Assembly: GCA_947564465.1 (NCBI GenBank)
Contig: CANOCV010000010.1
Coordinates: 6,027-70,026 of the forward strand
Reading direction: 5' to 3'
DNA: 64,000 nucleotides
Source: an uncultured Roseburia sp.
GTDB lineage: Bacteria > Bacillota > Clostridia > Lachnospirales > Lachnospiraceae
Part shown: piece after piece, positions 59,214-64,000 of the stretch
How the letters are laid out: each line of letters opens with the position of its first letter
Position numbering within the stretch: the stretch's first letter is position 1
Made by a program: the position numbers and the translations under genes
The notes under the pieces: generated by a model
Database searches by the model: none
Seen by the model: only the letters and a program-made list of their open reading frames with translations
What the model was told of the DNA's origin: nothing

Positions 59214-60386
59214 TCAAATCACCAACCCAAAGCAACTCTTTATCATCTCAATCACAACATCCTGTGTGTCCTCTGTCATTTTAATATCGCTCGGCAGACA
59301 TAAGCCTCTTGCAAACAGATCCGCCCCCACATCTTCGCCTTCTTCCGCCGTGACAAATTTTCTGTCCTCATACACAGGCTGCATATGCATCGGCTTCCAG
59401 ATCGGCCTGGACTCCACATTATACTCCTCAAGCTTCTCCCGAATCATATCCGGGGTCACTCTTTTCCATTCGACACTCTTTCCCTCTGACACTTCCCTAT
59501 CAATAAGTAAACAGCTCAGCCAGAAATTTGGCTCTGTGTCTATAAGATATGGGTTCATGCTGATTGGAAGATTTTTCAATCCTTCTTTATAACGCATATA
59601 AATATCTTTTTTGCGCTTTTTATGTTCATCAAGATGAATAAGCTGTCCCCTTCCAATTCCCGCCACTATATTGCTCATTCGATAGTTATAGCCAATCTCT
59701 TTATGCTGATACCACGGAAAACTTTCTTTCGCCTGTGTCGCCCAAAAACGCGCTTTATCAGCGCCCTCTTTGTCATCCGTCAGAAGCGCTCCTCCGCCGC
59801 TGCATGTAATAATTTTGTTCCCATTAAAACTAATGATATTGTATTTTCCAAATGTCCCGGTCTGTTTTCCCCGAAACGTCGCTCCCAGTGATTCGGCGGC
59901 ATCTTCAATCAGCACTGCATGATACTTCTCACAAATTTCTTTAATTTCATCCAATTTTGCCGGTGTTCCATAAAGATTTGCCACAATCACTGCCTTTGTG
60001 TCAGGATACATAGAAAATGCCTTCTCTAAAGCAACCGGATCCATATTCCATGTATCACGTTCACTGTCAATAAATATTTGTTCTCCATTTTCATAAGAAA
60101 CAGGATTTACTGTGGCCGCAAATGTCACATCCGAGCACATGACTTTATCGCCCCGTCCGACTCCCGCCAGCTTTACCGCCAAATGAATCGCCTCTGTTCC
60201 TGCCCCAAGCGCCACAACTTCTTTGCACCCTACATACTCTCCGATTCCTTTTTCTAGCTGATCTAAGTTTTCTCCGATTGTAGATACCCAGTTTGTATCA
60301 AAAGCATTCTTCACAAAAAACTGCTCATCTTCATGCATTGTCGGCGATGAAAGCCAAACTCTGCTTTCAAACCTTTCAAATTCCAT
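59214..60386 (-). CDS. DegT/PglE-type sugar aminotransferase
   Basis: WLSSPTMHEDEQFFVKNAFDTNWVS, ...ISFNGNKIITCSGGGALL (PLP Lys), RGLCLPS. Start at MEFERF (the upstream ORF extension runs past the stop of the preceding zinc-ribbon gene at 60488 and has no RBS). Confidence 0.85.
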   Translation of the reverse strand: MEFERFESRVWLSSPTMHEDEQFFVKNAFDTNWVSTIGENLDQLEKGIGEYVGCKEVVALGAGTEAIHLAVKLAGVGRGDKVMCSDVTFAATVNPVSYENGEQIFIDSERDTWNMDPVALEKAFSMYPDTKAVIVANLYGTPAKLDEIKEICEKYHAVLIEDAAESLGATFRGKQTGTFGKYNIISFNGNKIITCSGGGALLTDDKEGADKARFWATQAKESFPWYQHKEIGYNYRMSNIVAGIGRGQLIHLDEHKKRKKDIYMRYKEGLKNLPISMNPYLIDTEPNFWLSCLLIDREVSEGKSVEWKRVTPDMIREKLEEYNVESRPIWKPMHMQPVYEDRKFVTAEEGEDVGADLFARGLCLPSDIKMTEDTQDVVIEMIKSCFGLVI

Positions 60387-60487
60387 GCCTCTTATCCTTT
60401 CCATTATCCGCACCGTTAACGGCAGTGTGAATTTAAATGTAGTATTACAGTTTATATCAAACTCTTTTGTAAAAATATGAATTTTAT

Positions 60488-61153
60488 CTATACACCGTTT
60501 TTTACCCTTTTCACATTCCCGGCACAAACGGGGCACCCCGAACGCTTCTTGGATGTTCTTGAAAATACCGCCGCCTGCCAAACGTGCCCTTCCTCACACT
60601 GCCACCAGATACGTTTTCCGCTTCCCGGCCGTATATGCCTGGGAGACAACTCATTGTTCAGTCCCGGATGCCACTGCTTCGCCACCTCCGGATACATCGT
60701 TTCAAGATCATTAAAACCCGGCCATGCCTTTTTTCCGCTGCAATACGGACATGCCTGCCCCCGCAGCGAACGATTTTCCACTGTGGCCTGCCACTCATGT
60801 CCCAAAGCACATTGCCACCAAATTTTTCTGTCACTCCCCGCCGTAACATCAGAGGGCTGTAATTCTCCGTTTTTAGCCGGATGCCACTCTTTTGCCACCC
60901 TCGGATTGACTGTTTTTAAATCGTTAAACCCACTCAGCGCTTTTTTGTTCGCACAATAAGGACAGCCGCGCCCCCGCAGCATACGATCCTTCACCGTACT
61001 TTGCCATATATGTCCTTTTTGGCACATCCACCAAACTTTTTTGTGGGACGCATAGCTGATGTCCTCTATTTTTTCGCTTCGGTTTCTCTCCAAGTCCCAT
61101 TCGGCGATTAAATATTCCATATGATTTGTCTCACAATACTCAACGGCGTTCAT
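60488..61153 (-). CDS. protein made of three tandem treble-clef zinc-ribbon repeats (DUF4379-like)
   Basis: Three repeats of about 58 aa: EW...N.....P..(S)..K.WW.C..GH.W...V..R.....CP.C.....(GFNDL). Start probably at MNAVEY (GAGGGA RBS). Confidence 0.65.
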   Translation of the reverse strand: MNAVEYCETNHMEYLIAEWDLERNRSEKIEDISYASHKKVWWMCQKGHIWQSTVKDRMLRGRGCPYCANKKALSGFNDLKTVNPRVAKEWHPAKNGELQPSDVTAGSDRKIWWQCALGHEWQATVENRSLRGQACPYCSGKKAWPGFNDLETMYPEVAKQWHPGLNNELSPRHIRPGSGKRIWWQCEEGHVWQAAVFSRTSKKRSGCPVCAGNVKRVKNGV

Positions 61154-61173
61154 AACTATTCCCTCATCATACA

Positions 61174-61195
61174 CAATAGTTTTTCTATTGCGAAC
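61174..61195. repeat. left inverted repeat / candidate recombinase core site
   Basis: CAATAG-TTTTT-CTATTGCGAAC is the exact reverse complement of 62793-62814 (22/22). Confidence 0.9.
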
Positions 61196-61232
61196 TTTTT
61201 GTCTGTAAATATTCTTATTTTAAACAACTGTA

Positions 61233-61261
61233 ATGGTATCACTACTTCAATTAAAAGTCAA
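61233..61261 (-). promoter_or_regulatory. candidate promoter inside the cassette reading into the polysaccharide operon
   Basis: Minus strand reads TTGACT (61256-61261), a 17-nt spacer, then TACCAT (61233-61238). Confidence 0.35.
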
Positions 61262-61343
61262 CTTTTCAGAATAATTTTCAACAATTTCCCAAAATCTTTG
61301 TTGCTATTCGGTCACTTATATAGTATTGAGTGATTTGACGGAC

Positions 61344-61524
61344 GCCATTTTGCATCCAAACTTCATTTTATAGACGAGGATAACGCGCCGCCGGACTAAC
61401 CGCTAACATTGACTAAAGGTCTCTCAGGAAAGCCTTCGAGACCAAGTCAAAGTAGGCGGTGGATTCCGCCTCTGCTAAGAACATCCTCTCATTGTCTTTA
61501 AAATGAAGTTGGATGCGGGATGGC
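61344..61524 (+). ncRNA. 181-nt highly structured element (6S-RNA-like architecture, or a recombinase-associated RNA); identity unproven
   Basis: Closing helix of about 35 bp (61344-61381 with 61483-61524, small bulges). Apical hairpin TTGACT-AAA-GGTCTC..AGG-AAAG-CCT..GAGACC-A-AGTCAA (61409-61450). 3'-side hairpin AGGCGG-TGGATT-CCGCCT (61454-61471). Plus-strand promoter TTGTTG-N17-TAGTAT ends at 61328. Confidence 0.4.
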
Positions 61525-61625
61525 TGTATCTCAAAACATGCCATTTAAAGCACGGTATTCGTGGTCAAAAAAATGGTAGATAATTGATTAGAAGTTATAC
61601 CAAAAATGAAGAGGAGGAAACAGAA

Positions 61626-62729
61626 ATGCCAAGAAAGGGCGAAAATATCAGAAAGCGAAAAGACGGAAGATGGGAGGCACGCTATTTTAAAGGACGGGAT
61701 GAACATGGACGCATTCGTTACGGATATGTTTATGCAAAGACATATCGACAAGTACGCGAAAAGAAAACACATATGATTCAGCAGATGGTCAAAAAAGATG
61801 TTTGCATCCCTATTGAATCGGAGATCAATACGATTGAATGTTTAAGCCAGATATGGATGAGGGATAAGAAAGAACGGGTTAAGCCAAGTACATACGCAAA
61901 TTATGAATCAATTATCATGAAGCATATTGAGGGTGTATTCGAGAAGAATCTGAAACAAATTACGAAAAAGGATATCTATTCGTTTGTCGAATCTCTGGCA
62001 AAGAAGGAGCTGCAGGCATCGACAATACGCTCAATCACAGATGTTCTCCGCTATATTTTAAGAAAAGGCAGCCAGATGGGAATAATCGAAAATGAGATTG
62101 CGGAGTGCTGCATCTACCGTAGCGGTAGAAATACTGTCCGCGTTTGCAGCGGGGACGACAGAGAAAAAATTGAGCAGATTCTCTTTTCAATTGATAATCT
62201 GTTTGCTACGGGGATTTTGTTGATGCTTTCCACAGGGATCCGTGTCGGGGAGTTATGCGGTATTCGCTGGGAAGATATCAATTTTGAAGAAAAAACCTTT
62301 CGTATCATTAGAACAATCCAGCGCATAAAAAATGATGGAAATGAGAGGGAAAAGGGAAAAACTTATATTCATATCGGAATACCCAAAACAGAAACATCTT
62401 TACGTGCTATTCCGATACCAACAAAGCTGTATTCTTTATTGCAAAAGTATAAGAGCCTTCCTTCACATTATCTTCTGACAGGGAGTTCTTCCTGCATGGA
62501 GCCGCGAAATGTGCAAAAGCGTTTTGAGACAATTCTTCGTCGAAATCAAATAACACATTATAACCTGCATTCGCTCCGTCACGGATTTGCTTCGACAGCC
62601 ATTGAAAAAGGCATTGACTGTAAAACGGTATCGTCTATTTTAGGGCATTCATCCACAAAGATTACACTGGATTTGTATGTGCACAGCAGTCGAAAAATGA
62701 TGCAGGATTGTGTCGATGCTATACTTTAA
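61626..62729 (+). CDS. tyrosine site-specific recombinase/integrase with N-terminal AP2-like arm-binding domain
   Basis: MPRKGENIRKRKDGRWEARYFKGRDEHGRIRYGYVYAKTYRQV N-terminus. Catalytic region TGIRVGELCGIRWEDI (Arg), HSLRHGFAS (H-x-x-R), LGHSSTKITLDLYVH (His, Tyr). GAGGAGGAAA RBS. Confidence 0.9.
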   Translation: MPRKGENIRKRKDGRWEARYFKGRDEHGRIRYGYVYAKTYRQVREKKTHMIQQMVKKDVCIPIESEINTIECLSQIWMRDKKERVKPSTYANYESIIMKHIEGVFEKNLKQITKKDIYSFVESLAKKELQASTIRSITDVLRYILRKGSQMGIIENEIAECCIYRSGRNTVRVCSGDDREKIEQILFSIDNLFATGILLMLSTGIRVGELCGIRWEDINFEEKTFRIIRTIQRIKNDGNEREKGKTYIHIGIPKTETSLRAIPIPTKLYSLLQKYKSLPSHYLLTGSSSCMEPRNVQKRFETILRRNQITHYNLHSLRHGFASTAIEKGIDCKTVSSILGHSSTKITLDLYVHSSRKMMQDCVDAIL

Positions 62730-62792
62730 TAAATAGTCAGAAGAAGTGGTCATTTGCCAAAACATACTTGCGTTTGTATTTATTTTTCCATT

Positions 62793-62819
62793 GTTCGCAA
62801 TAGAAAAACTATTGCGAAC
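62793..62819. repeat. right inverted repeat: full palindromic core-type site, also a terminator hairpin for the integrase gene
   Basis: GTTCGCAATAG-AAAAA-CTATTGCGAAC followed by TTTCTTTT. Confidence 0.9.
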
Positions 62820-62861
62820 TTTCTTTTATAAAATATATATGCGTCAAGCATTCTCAAACAC

Positions 62862-62906
62862 GAAAAATCCCGAAGAATTCCTGTTGAAACAGAATCCTTC
62901 GGGACT
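62862..62906 (-). terminator. intrinsic terminator of ilvC
   Basis: Minus strand reads TCCCGAAGGATTC-TGTTTCAACAG-GAATTCTTCGGGA followed by TTTTTCG. Confidence 0.85.
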
Positions 62907-62931
62907 GTTTAACTACTATTATTTTGAATCA

Positions 62932-62988
62932 GGCATCAGGGCTCCCCCCGCTTCGCGGGTCCCTCCTCATGCCAATTCTCCTCATGCC
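62932..62988. repeat. family A structured element, diverged single copy plus a partial duplication
   Basis: GGCATCAGGGCTCC-CCCCGCTTCGCGGG-TCCCTCCTCATGCC shares its flanks with the 19192-19380 units but has a different inner stem. An extra AATTCTCCTCATGCC half-copy follows. Confidence 0.8.
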
Positions 62989-62994
62989 ATTAGA

Positions 62995-64000
<1,006 letters not shown>

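Larger units (their letters stand above)
61174..62819. mobile_element. tyrosine-recombinase cassette bounded by inverted core-type sites (candidate invertible or integrative module)
   Basis: IR pair plus a single integrase gene and a structured element. No other mobile-element genes present. Confidence 0.4.

Noticed and set aside
60477-60959. 160-aa plus-strand ORF with repeated Cys/His-containing segments.
   Set aside because: It is antisense to the zinc-ribbon repeat gene. Its repeats simply mirror the DNA repeats of the real minus-strand gene.
61409-61414. TTGACT inside the structured element, as the promoter of an invertible segment.
   Set aside because: No acceptable -10 lies 16-18 nt downstream on either strand. 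The hexamer is better explained as one strand of the TTGACT/AGTCAA helix.
61584-62729. Prophage or ICE boundary marked by the integrase.
   Set aside because: No phage, conjugation or excisionase genes lie on either side. The flanks are ilvC and a glycan operon. The cassette between the repeats is only 1.6 kb.

Overview
This window reads like a Firmicutes/Clostridia (Lachnospiraceae-like) chromosome segment. That is an inference from gene content, AGGAGG-type RBSs and a T-box leader; no database search was possible. All product calls come from motifs I recognise in the supplied translations. Most genes are on the minus strand.

Layout:
- 1-12.3 kb: pnp' and rpsO, an NlpC/P60 hydrolase, a Na/Pi symporter, then the conserved ribF-truB-nrnA-rbfA-infB-ylxQ-ylxR-nusA-rimP block.
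- 12.5-12.7 kb: two tandem tRNA-Glu(CUC) genes.
- 12.8-20.8 kb: a secreted beta-helix protein, an FAD/Rieske oxidoreductase, an AraC/GyrI regulator, an LtaS-type sulfatase gene broken at an A8 tract, a 68-bp tandem structured repeat and an FN3 protein.
- 21-31.6 kb: pheST behind a Phe T-box, a YihY protein, a large SpoIID-domain protein with an odd 0.7-kb upstream region, then pckA, cdd and deoC.
- 31.8-36.7 kb: citrate synthase, a CheY-like receiver plus a protein with four MshEN-type 24-aa motifs, and thrC.
- 36.9-45.9 kb: a Bce-like two-component system with an ABC module, a double-AP2 protein, leuCD and a LysR regulator.
- 45.9-61.2 kb: a visibly AT-rich Wzx/Wzy polysaccharide operon of 14 genes.
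- 61.2-62.8 kb: a tyrosine-recombinase cassette, followed by ilvC'.

The most interesting signals:
- The recombinase cassette is bounded by a perfect 22-bp inverted repeat with lox/dif-like core-site architecture. It abuts the first gene of the polysaccharide operon, so it is a candidate self-contained inversion switch.
- A 181-nt highly structured element sits just upstream of the recombinase. It has 6S-like architecture, or it may be a recombinase-associated RNA.
- Two small structured repeat families lie in intergenic regions; one shows compensatory stem changes between copies.
- A periodic repeat array and a GC-rich structured core lie upstream of the SpoIID-like gene.
- The CheY/MshEN gene pair is a candidate c-di-GMP-linked module.
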